DNA of 62,916 nt, counting the filler, from Candidatus Woesearchaeota archaeon (GTDB taxonomy: Archaea; Nanobdellota; Nanobdellia; Woesearchaeales; GCA-2685855): assembly GCA_002685855.1 (NCBI GenBank). It is 6 parts of 6 records of this genome, joined end to end, with 100 filler letters (N's around TTAATTAATTAA, not from the genome) between each part and the next. Parts side by side here need not be neighbours in the genome. Positions count along the whole stretch, not along the records: positions 48,329 to 56,061 come from NYYS01000049.1; positions 56,162 to 62,916 come from NYYS01000060.1; 4 more parts are not named here. One strand, 5' to 3'. How positions within the stretch are numbered: the stretch's first letter is position 1; every line of letters starts with the position of its first letter. Below the pieces are notes generated by a model. It was not told where the DNA came from. It searched no databases and saw only the letters and a program-made list of their open reading frames with translations. Below are positions 50,602-59,500 of the stretch, piece by piece. A program made the translations under genes and the position numbers.

Positions 50602-50847
50602 TTAGAGGAATATAGAAAATTCTTTTTCGTCAACTTCAGCTAATTTTAAAATGCCTTTAAGTGTTCCGATTTTGAGTTCTGAATGGTTTGGTACTACTGT
50701 TCCCCTTTCTCCCAGTGGAGTTTCCTTTTTAAGTATACTATGACTTCCTTTTTGTCGCACATAATGAAACCCAAACCGATTACAAAGAACTTTTACACAT
50801 TTTTTTCCAGAAATTTTCCTAAGCTTTGACACGTTCAGCAACCTCAA
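50602..50847 (-). CDS. hicA: HicA family toxin
   Basis: GF..VRQKGSH, VVPNHSELKIGTLKGIL; exact start uncertain. Confidence 0.9.
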   Translation of the reverse strand: MRLLNVSKLRKISGKKCVKVLCNRFGFHYVRQKGSHSILKKETPLGERGTVVPNHSELKIGTLKGILKLAEVDEKEFSIFL

Positions 50848-51037
50848 AGTTCTGTAAAACAGGCAGATCCAGAGCCTTCTGAGGAAATTCCTCCAAATAG
50901 AGTTCTGTTGCTTCTTTGAGGTTTGCTATGGCTTTTTCTAATGTAGAACCTTGAGATATTGTACCAAGCTCGGCACAGGTCGCTATAAACAAGTCATCTT
51001 CTTTTTGAATAACTGCTGTTAAGGTTGCCATAGTCAT
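50819..51037 (-). CDS. hicB: HicB family antitoxin
   Basis: FIATCAELGTISQGSTLEKAIANLKEATELYLE. Confidence 0.92.
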   Translation of the reverse strand: MTMATLTAVIQKEDDLFIATCAELGTISQGSTLEKAIANLKEATELYLEEFPQKALDLPVLQNFEVAERVKA

Positions 51038-51126
51038 CTAGATTCACCTGAATTATTTAAATGTTGTGTGAACTAAAATATATGTCTTGTGCCAGGTTTT
51101 TCGAAGAATGTTCGAATAAATAGGAA

Positions 51127-51393
51127 TTATTCCAGGAAGAGGCCTTTTCTTTCCCAGACAAGAACGTTCTTCTTCCATACCCTCTTAATGCGATGAAAAG
51201 GTATCTGGTGGCTGTGGCCTTGTTCGTCGTAGATTGTGAAGGAGAAGTCTGCTGTTTTTAGTTCTTCAAGTTCATCGAGGGGGAGTTTTATGATCCTGTT
51301 CTTCACTCTATCAAGATAGCCTATAGTGTACTCTTTCGGATTCTCTTTTTTATCCCAACGGATTTTGTTGAGGAGTTCACGGATGGTTTGCAT
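51127..51393 (-). CDS. DUF504/MJ1316 family protein
   Basis: LLNKIRWD, IGYLDR, IPFHRI and VWER motifs. Confidence 0.88.
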   Translation of the reverse strand: MQTIRELLNKIRWDKKENPKEYTIGYLDRVKNRIIKLPLDELEELKTADFSFTIYDEQGHSHQIPFHRIKRVWKKNVLVWERKGLFLE

Positions 51394-51464
51394 GAGAGGA
51401 AGAATTTTGGAAGATTTTTAAGTGTTGTCATACTGTTGAGATCTCCTCTTGTTAAGCTCCGTCC

Positions 51465-51785
51465 CTATTTTTCTTTGAGTTCATTTGTCTTATAAAAAAA
51501 GTATGCGCATTCTCTTGCAGGACACAGTACATAATAGGAAAGTGCGCCATCTTCTCGTGCTTCCATCTCAATCGTTTCTCTGTCGATTCCTACTTTTAAC
51601 TTGCTGTGCGTTTCAAAAAATGCTAGAGGATAGGCCGCTATGGAAAATGCGAGGAGATAGCATGCAATTTCACTCTTCTTTTTATGCCAAAATCGTTCAA
51701 TACGATTATAGGGAAACCCCCATTCTGGATGGATGGGGCGTGCTTCTTCAGGGGCCATGTGTACTCTGTTGTCGGGGGTTGCCAT
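51465..51785 (-). CDS. Hypothetical protein with one hydrophobic segment
   Basis: 106-aa ORF with a TATA-like element upstream. Confidence 0.55.
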   Translation of the reverse strand: MATPDNRVHMAPEEARPIHPEWGFPYNRIERFWHKKKSEIACYLLAFSIAAYPLAFFETHSKLKVGIDRETIEMEAREDGALSYYVLCPARECAYFFYKTNELKEK

Positions 51786-51878
51786 AGGGTTGGGATTTCA
51801 TTTGTAGATAAAAAGGTTCTGAATATTTTCCGAAATTAGGAGCCATACTTATAAATAGATGCAGAGATTTCCTTTCTC

Positions 51879-52721
51879 ATGCTTTCTGTCACAAGCCTTA
51901 GCAGTTTTTTGTATTGTCCGAGAAAGTTGTTTCTTCAGAAGGTGTTAAAGCTTGAGGAGCCGCCTAGTCCTGCTCTTGTGTTGGGGAGTTTACGTCATGA
52001 GGTGCATGAGCGTATGGCAGAGGATGAAGAGGCGATTGTCTGTGGGATTTCTGAGTATTTGGAATATTCGGTGTTTCTAAAAAAGTTTACTGATCCTGCG
52101 TCTACTGCACTTCGGAATGGGGTGATTCGTCATAGTGGTGAGCTTCGTTTGTTTGATCTGGATCTGGCAGAGGTGTTTCGGAGGAGTTGGGGGTATCTTC
52201 TTCCGCAGATCGAGGATCGGGTGAAGCTCTTGCACAGGTTTTTGAAACGAGAAGAGGTGTATGGAGAGGAATTGTGGAAGTGTATTACGCCAAAGTTGTT
52301 GGTTGAGGAAAGAGTGAGTGATTCTGAGTTGGGGTTGCGGGGGATTGTTGATCGGATTGAGTTGTTTGATGAAGAATGGATTCCGATCGAGTTAAAGACG
52401 GGAAAGGCTCCACATCGGGGTGTGTGGCCAGGTCATGAGGCACAGATTGGTGCCTATCTTTTGTTGTTGAAGCTGGCGAAAAGGCCTGTGAGTACGGGAT
52501 TTATTCATTATCTTGATAGTGATGTGAAGCGGGCGGTTACGTTGAGTCCTTTTCTGGTTGTGCATATTCGGAAGCTTATTGGGCAGGTGAAGAACGTTCT
52601 TTCTGATTCTCTACCGCCGCCACACCTTATGCAGAAGAAGAAGTGTGATGCGTGTAGTTTAAAGGAGCAGTGTTATAATGCTAAGTTTATTGAAGATAAG
52701 ATAAGAAAAGTAAAAGGTTAG
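51879..52721 (+). CDS. cas4: Solo Cas4-family (RecB-like Fe-S) nuclease
   Basis: YCPRK, G...H, GIVDRIE, IELKTG, QIGAY and C..C.....C; no other cas genes or array nearby. Confidence 0.88.
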   Translation: MLSVTSLSSFLYCPRKLFLQKVLKLEEPPSPALVLGSLRHEVHERMAEDEEAIVCGISEYLEYSVFLKKFTDPASTALRNGVIRHSGELRLFDLDLAEVFRRSWGYLLPQIEDRVKLLHRFLKREEVYGEELWKCITPKLLVEERVSDSELGLRGIVDRIELFDEEWIPIELKTGKAPHRGVWPGHEAQIGAYLLLLKLAKRPVSTGFIHYLDSDVKRAVTLSPFLVVHIRKLIGQVKNVLSDSLPPPHLMQKKKCDACSLKEQCYNAKFIEDKIRKVKG

Positions 52722-53404
52722 TCATAAAAGTGTACTGCAAATTTGGGGTCGTGAGGTATTGCGACAGGGTTGCTGTTTCCAGGGGAGAGTTGATCTCTAA
52801 GGTCGCCTTCAAAGAGTTTTGTTGTAACTGCTCCTGTTGCGAACCCATATCGGTATCTTCTTGCACTTTTTTCATCGAGGAATTCTTCGGCATAGGGAAC
52901 AACTGATGGGAGAAGTATTGGTTCTCCTGAGGGGAGTTTTCCTTCATAGAATTCCAGAATAGATCTTCCCTGTTGGGGTCCTCGTGTGTATGCTGATGCA
53001 ATAGTATGAAGAAGTCCGCCTTTTCCAACAAGGTCGAGGTTTGCATCATAGAGCGTTACTCTTGAGACAATACCTCTCTGGAGAGGGCAATGTCCATAGT
53101 TAATAAGATGTTCCAGATGACCTCCTTGTTCAAGATTTGTAATGGCGTCAAGGAGGATGCTTTTTATCTGTCCCCGAAATTCTTCAGAAAGTTCCCTATA
53201 AAGTGTTTGGAGAGGTTCTTCACCGTCACTGGCAACGCCTCCTGGTAGGCAGAGTCCAGGACTTACGGGATGTCCGTTGTCTTTCTCATGAAAGAGAATT
53301 CTCTGGCCTGTCCTGTTATTAGGTGTTCCTCTGATCAATAAAGCGACTGATTGATAGGTTGGATTCTGCCAATCTATCTCATCAGGGTTAATTCGAGAGG
53401 TCAT
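52718..53404 (-). CDS. NUDIX hydrolase family protein
   Basis: LPGGVASDGEEPLQTLYRELSEE Nudix box. Confidence 0.8.
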   Translation of the reverse strand: MTSRINPDEIDWQNPTYQSVALLIRGTPNNRTGQRILFHEKDNGHPVSPGLCLPGGVASDGEEPLQTLYRELSEEFRGQIKSILLDAITNLEQGGHLEHLINYGHCPLQRGIVSRVTLYDANLDLVGKGGLLHTIASAYTRGPQQGRSILEFYEGKLPSGEPILLPSVVPYAEEFLDEKSARRYRYGFATGAVTTKLFEGDLRDQLSPGNSNPVAIPHDPKFAVHFYD

Positions 53405-53456
53405 ATATGTGAGAATCAGGCGACCCTTTATAAACTTTACTACTTTTAAGTGAGAA

Positions 53457-54506
53457 TTACACCTTCACAGTAAGCCGTTTGACGTGGTTAGAGACGGCCA
53501 AAATCTTTTTCCTGTTCTTTGTGCCTGCATCTACGATGGCGCCTTTTTTCCGTAGAGAGGTTACAAATGCCCTGACTTGGTGTTCTGTCATCTTGCATTT
53601 GGCTGCTAAGGCTTTGTAGGAGAGGGGTTTGGGAAGCAGGTAGAGGAGGAGCTCTCGTTCATTCTTCTTGAATTTGCGTTCAAAGCTCTTATAGTTTCGT
53701 TTTTTCTTTTCACTTTCAAGGTATTTATACTGGCTGACGTTGACACTATAGAGGCCGAGGATCTCTTTTGCCCCCCAATAGCTCACCATATAGGTTCTGT
53801 TGGTGATGAGCGGGTTGTTTTTTCCAAATTTGCGATGATGAAAATCGAAGATGTAATCCGTATATTCCAGAAGCCTTCTTGGGTTTCCGTCTGCACAGGC
53901 CACCAGGAGATTGAGGGTTTCTGAGTGGAGCTTATTGTAGATGTTCTTTCCTCTTGCATTAAGACGAATGCGAAGAATCTCTTTCATCTCTTCATCGTCA
54001 AGGGTGCGGGTCTGGATGACACGATTTCCCAGGCGCTCTTTGAAGCTGGCGGTTACATTCTTGAGTGAACGGGAGATTTGAGCAACGATAATCGACTTGA
54101 TCTTTCGGTCGTAGCTACTTTCCCATTTTCCTCTGGCTTCGAGGATAAGATCAGGGTCTGTGTCCTGAAATTCGTCGATGATGAGAACAGGCTCTTTTGA
54201 AGGGAATTTTTTGAAGGTGATCATGTCAAAGAAGCTGCGTTTCTTTTTTAATTCTTCTTCAAGATTGAACCCTGGTGGAAGATCTTGGGCATCCAGATAG
54301 ATGAATTTATGACCTGTCATCTCTTCTTGCATGCGTTTCAGAAGGGAACTCTTGCCGCTGCCAGTAAGACCATTAAGAAAGCAAACTTCTCCTTTATCGA
54401 TATGATTTCTGAGTTGTTCTTCTTGTCCTTCCAAACCAATAAGTTCGGAGTTTGGTCGTACATCTAGGGGATTTTCTTGCCAACCAAATACCTTAAACCA
54501 CACCAT
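53457..54506 (-). CDS. AAA+ ATPase with C-terminal wHTH (ExeA-like N-terminus)
   Basis: FGW.ENPL, GLTGSGKS, IIDE and GNPRRLL motifs. Confidence 0.8.
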   Translation of the reverse strand: MVWFKVFGWQENPLDVRPNSELIGLEGQEEQLRNHIDKGEVCFLNGLTGSGKSSLLKRMQEEMTGHKFIYLDAQDLPPGFNLEEELKKKRSFFDMITFKKFPSKEPVLIIDEFQDTDPDLILEARGKWESSYDRKIKSIIVAQISRSLKNVTASFKERLGNRVIQTRTLDDEEMKEILRIRLNARGKNIYNKLHSETLNLLVACADGNPRRLLEYTDYIFDFHHRKFGKNNPLITNRTYMVSYWGAKEILGLYSVNVSQYKYLESEKKKRNYKSFERKFKKNERELLLYLLPKPLSYKALAAKCKMTEHQVRAFVTSLRKKGAIVDAGTKNRKKILAVSNHVKRLTVKV

Positions 54507-54542
54507 TTTCAGATAAAATAGGACGGAGTATAAAAATATTTC

Positions 54543-55139
54543 TTAGAAATAGCGTTCAAGGGCGGTTTTTTTAAGGATTTTTCTGTTTTTTATGAAGAAG
54601 TCAACTAAGCCAATATAGCTTATGACGATCGTGGTGATGAGAAACATCTGGATCAGGATGAATAGGATATCCATATAGTTAAGAGCTATGCCCATCTTAC
54701 CAAGAAAGGACACAATAAAGACGAGAGATATGGTTATGGTCTGAAAGAGCATCTTAAGTTTTCCAGATTTTACTGCACGGACACTGATCTTATGTCGGGA
54801 TACGTAGGAGCGTATTGCACTGGTTATAATGTCTCTTGCTAAGAGGATCATAACTAGCCAGAAGGGCAAGAGGCCTATAAGGGAGAGGACGATCAGTATT
54901 GAATGGACAAGAATTTTATCTACAAGCGGGTCGAGATAGATGCCTAAGGTAGATTCCTCGCCCCATTCACGAGCAATTTTGCCATCAAGCCAATCTGTGA
55001 TGCTGGCGATGATAAAGAGAATTCCTGCAAAAAAGAGCGTTATGGGCTTGTCAAGAAGGACAAAAACCACGATGATAGGGACAAGAAAGAAGCGGAAAAA
55101 TGTTAAGATATTGGGGGTTGTCCAGATCTTATGAGCCAT
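54543..55139 (-). CDS. pgsA: CDP-alcohol phosphatidyltransferase (PgsA-like)
   Basis: PNILTFFR, TDWLDGKIAR...G..LDPLVDK and GKLK..FQ. Confidence 0.9.
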   Translation of the reverse strand: MAHKIWTTPNILTFFRFFLVPIIVVFVLLDKPITLFFAGILFIIASITDWLDGKIAREWGEESTLGIYLDPLVDKILVHSILIVLSLIGLLPFWLVMILLARDIITSAIRSYVSRHKISVRAVKSGKLKMLFQTITISLVFIVSFLGKMGIALNYMDILFILIQMFLITTIVISYIGLVDFFIKNRKILKKTALERYF

Positions 55140-55179
55140 ATTGTTTATAATAGGCGTTCATTTAAGTAGTTGTTGGTTA

Positions 55180-55929
55180 TTAGGCGGTTGAAGGGGTTAG
55201 AGCCAATGAGAAGCTAAAGGGAAGGTGGTCACTGAGATGAATAGGTTCAAGCTGGAAGTCTGTGATCCTGATTCCCTTTGAATAGATGAGGTAGTCGAGT
55301 TTTAGGTGAGGATTCCAAGTTGGAAAGGTAGGTTGGTTGTTGGTATGAATAGAGAGGTTGGTGTGGTCCAGGAAAGAATCGAGTTCCTGGGCTCCTTTGA
55401 AGAGATTAAGGTCGCCGACGATTATCTTCTTGTTTTCATCAGATTCGAGAAGTGTTTTGAACTCTTGTAATTGTTTATTTCTTGTTTTTTTAAGGAGAGA
55501 AAGATGGAGGACGTAGAGGGAAATTTGTTCTGCCCGATAGTCAAAGGTGGATTTTATTGCCATCTTTTTATGGCCGTTGCGAAAGTAGATTGGTGTTGGT
55601 TGGATGGCGAGATCTTTGGTGTGAAGGACTGCTGCCCCTAGCTTTCTGAATATAGGGAGACGTCGGATAAGCCTATTTCGATATTTGCTGAAAAAGGTTG
55701 AAGAATACTCTAGTTGTTGAGCAATATCTTTAAGGTGGTTTTTGCCTCTTGCCCGAAGAGAACCTGAATCGACTTCTACAAATGCGATGATGCTTGGCTG
55801 GATATCTTTAATTTCGTCCACAAGAGTGGTTGTCCAATCTTTCTTTACTGGCAGGAGCTGTTTTACTTGTGAAAAAAAGGATCTGCTGGGGTTTGTACCA
55901 TGTGCAATATTGTAAAATAGGAGTTTCAT
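55180..55929 (-). CDS. Endonuclease/exonuclease/phosphatase family protein
   Basis: YNI, EVD, HLSL, GDLN, TFP, LDY and SDHLP motifs. Confidence 0.9.
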   Translation of the reverse strand: MKLLFYNIAHGTNPSRSFFSQVKQLLPVKKDWTTTLVDEIKDIQPSIIAFVEVDSGSLRARGKNHLKDIAQQLEYSSTFFSKYRNRLIRRLPIFRKLGAAVLHTKDLAIQPTPIYFRNGHKKMAIKSTFDYRAEQISLYVLHLSLLKKTRNKQLQEFKTLLESDENKKIIVGDLNLFKGAQELDSFLDHTNLSIHTNNQPTFPTWNPHLKLDYLIYSKGIRITDFQLEPIHLSDHLPFSFSLALTPSTA

Positions 55930-56061
55930 GCTGTCTCTTCTTCTTTTTTCTTATATGCTCATTTAAATCTTTTTATTTTATTCACTGATTTTAACCCCAC
56001 TTTCAAGTGGCAAAAAATCTTTATTGTGGGGGAAATGGGGGTTGAGAAATCCAAAACTTTA

Positions 56062-56161
56062 NNNNNNNNNNNNNNNNNNNNNNNNNNNNNNNNNNNNNNN
56101 NNNNNTTAATTAATTAANNNNNNNNNNNNNNNNNNNNNNNNNNNNNNNNNNNNNNNNNNNN
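56062..56161. other. Artificial contig spacer
   Basis: N-run with TTAATTAATTAA. Confidence 0.99.
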
Positions 56162-56522
56162 ATCCGTCATTTACTCTTGCTTCTATGATGCCGTTTTCTG
56201 CCTGTAAATCATCAGGCGCTCCTTCGGATACAATATTATTATCGATGTGTAATTCATTATCCTCATCACACCCAATAAATACTCCCCAGATTAAGGAATC
56301 TTCATTATCTAGAAATTCACAAAACCTATTTAACTTAATTTTTAAATAATGTTCTTCCGTTTTTTGGACTTTGGACTCAATCTTTTTCATAGTTTCATTG
56401 TTGGTGTCATATGCCCCGATAATAAAATTTAACTGAGAGATCTTTCCTACTTTGTTCAAAATTTGTAGAAAATTCTTTAGACCTGCTGTTTCATTCATCT
56501 TAATTCTTAATTTTGTTGTCAT
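56162..56522 (-). CDS. Candidate immunity protein of the RHS toxin, 3'-partial
   Basis: AT-rich ORF starting 9 nt after the RHS stop, with a GGTGA SD. Confidence 0.6.
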
Positions 56523-56531
56523 TTTTTCACC

Positions 56532-59500
56532 CTACTTTTCATTATTTTTTTCCCATTGTTTTCTATTTGTATGTGTGTGGCCTGGTTCATGAACATCAGG
56601 ATATCCATGATCGGTTAAGTCAAGGTCTTTGTAAACATTCCCCTCTGCATTATACCATCTAACTTGATAAATTCTTCCATTTTCGTCGACACGAGTTAAA
56701 GTATGTTCTTCTCCAGTATAATCAAAATCGGGCAAATCCGGCTCAGCCCAAAAAGCCCATGATCCATCAGCATAGTTCTTTTTATGTGCGTTTTTGTTCT
56801 TATTGTGATTTTTTAAGGATAAAGATTGACCATCAGTAATAATGTTTCCTGGAGTTTCTAATTCTTGAGCGTTTTCAATACCTGGTTCAGTTATTGTTCC
56901 TCCTACTGTTTCAGGGATATCATTAAATTCTAGCTGATTTTCTGTTATCGTGGGTGCAGGTAATTCTTGTTCAATGTTAGGATTTTCATAAGGAAGATCA
57001 TTACTAGTTAGATCTTCAGAAACAAATTCCTCATTTATTGTCTCAGCTGCTAAAAATGTAAGATAAGCAACAGTGGTTGCAATAATACCATAAGCCGCAG
57101 CGACAACTAAACCTTCTGCAAAACAAAGATCCCAAATACAATGTCCACTAGGATCAACATACTTAACCGGGTTATTCCGAACATAACTATACCGATTCAA
57201 CTGTTGTGGATCATACGGATCTGGCAACAAGGAATCTGCACTAACAAAGATCATCAGTTCAGGATTATAATACCGAGCCTCATAATACATCAACCCAGAA
57301 TCATCCTTCTCTTTCCCTGTGAAACCAAACCGCTCCTCCCCACCCAGAAGAACCCCCCCAAACGGTAAATACTCTGTCTCCTCAACAACCTCTCCATTCA
57401 CATCTGTCACCACATGCGGGCTTCCCAGATGATCTGTATGAATAAAAAAGCTCCCAGAATCATTCTTCTTTGCAACTAAACCTGTTGAATCCCGATAATA
57501 GACTGTTTCCTCCACACCGCCATCAGGAAGAACAACCTTCACATAGTCTCCAACATAGTATGTGGTGGTGTTTTTTCCTCTCCAGTGCAAATCAACCTTT
57601 TTAACCCGGTTGCCTGTATGATCATAGGTGTTCTCTTGTATGCGTTTGTTTCCATAATAAACCTCCTTCAGCCTATTACGGCTGTCCCAAACATACCTAT
57701 GCCTTCCTTCCCGCACAATATTTCCATTGTCATCATACTCGACAAGAGCAGTATAGCTATAGTTTCCTGTCTCTGTAGGATACTGAAGAGGTGTTCCTTC
57801 CACCTCAATGTTTTTAACAGAGATCTTTCCGTTGGTTGCTTCCAGCCAAAAATAACAAACGTTTCCAACACAGTGATCGTCAAGCTGTGTTCTGTTAAAG
57901 ACAAAATGTTCTGTAGCATTAAAGACATAAGGTTCATACACCGACTTAGCCTTTTTGTAGAGACGTATACGATCAAGACTCCCATCAAAATTAAGACAGA
58001 ATCGTTCAACTGCATTCGTCCCCCATCTTGTCTGATAGCTATCTTCCCCTGCGAGAACTCCATCAACCCAGAACCGGCTTCCAAAGTCTCCCCATTGAAA
58101 GACAACATAATGCCAAACATCCGATTCCCAATGGGTTAAACCATCATACGCTGCATCAAAGATATACTCCTCACGTGCAGCTCGCATCTTTAGCCTACCA
58201 TCACCGTTTCCCTGCAGAAAGATAGATACTTTGTCTATCTCATCGCCTGGCTTCTCATCATGAAAAAGAATAGCGGAATTTGTTCGAGACCCATTAAAAG
58301 CAGAATCAAGCTTAAACCAGAATTCGAGCTGGCCTTGATCGCCCGGAATAAGTCTTGTGAACACGTTTGGTGTTTCAACTTGATACCAACCCGTACCGCA
58401 GGAAAGTTCATATCCATCTCCCTTCACGCCACCAGGAACTATCCTTGTACCAGGTTGAAGCGCTCCATGTCTGCCTCCCACAACATCCTCGATCTGCCCA
58501 GGATACATCTGTTCCCATTCAGAATACTCCAAAGGATAATAGGCCAAAGTATCAGCATCTATAAGAGGAAAATAGATCTCTCCCAGATAATATGCCTTAT
58601 CAAAATAAAGTATCGACCGGCTTGGCCAACCCGTATTCTGTTCCGGAACAAGATCAAACTCTACCTTGTCGATTGTGTCATACTCCTGAAAGTTAAGAAC
58701 AACACTATACTTTTCTCTTCCTTCAAAGCCGTGTTCGAACTCCTTTGGGTAGTAGGTAGTTCCTCCCTCGTAAAGGTTTCTTACCTCTGTAAGCGAAAGT
58801 GATCGATTAAAAATCTTTACTGCATCCAGGTTGCCAAGATAGGCAAACTCGTAGTAACCTCTTCTCCCGATATGTGTGAATCCGTGTCTCGGAATATACA
58901 AATGATCACCACGCATACTATCCTTTAATACACCATCAACATACAATGACAAGGTTCCAATCTGTGCAGACTCAGCATCATAGGTTGCAGCAAGATGATG
59001 CCATTCAGAATCATTGTATGGTGCAAAGGGTGTACTCACAAGGTAGGTTGAATCCAGCGTTTTTATTGATGATAGTAATGAAATCATTCCATCATGAAGA
59101 AAACCCACATCAAATCGGTATAGACTATTATCCCAAAAACTCATCATCGAACCCCCGTTCAACCACGTATCCTCCCGAGTCCTAAACCACAAGCTTACAC
59201 TCCAATCCTTTCCACTCCCACTAATCTCTGTTACGGGTTCAGCAAAGAAGGCATCTTCTAACTCATAAAAACCAACACTCCAACCCCCATCACTCTCCCC
59301 GCCATGAAACCGAGCACCCTCACCCACCCACACATCAGAATTCGTTGTGATTGCCTCTCTTCCCTGCCACCCATCCACCGCCACCAAACCCCTGCCTTCT
59401 TCAAAATCCCAATACCTAACACCAGAAGACAAAACATCCAGCCCCTCATTCTCATCCATCATAATTATACCCTGATCATCCTCCTGAGACCCTAACCTTC

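Noticed and set aside
51790..52721. CRISPR-Cas locus around cas4
   Set aside because: No repeat-spacer array and no cas1, cas2 or effector genes are seen in the window.
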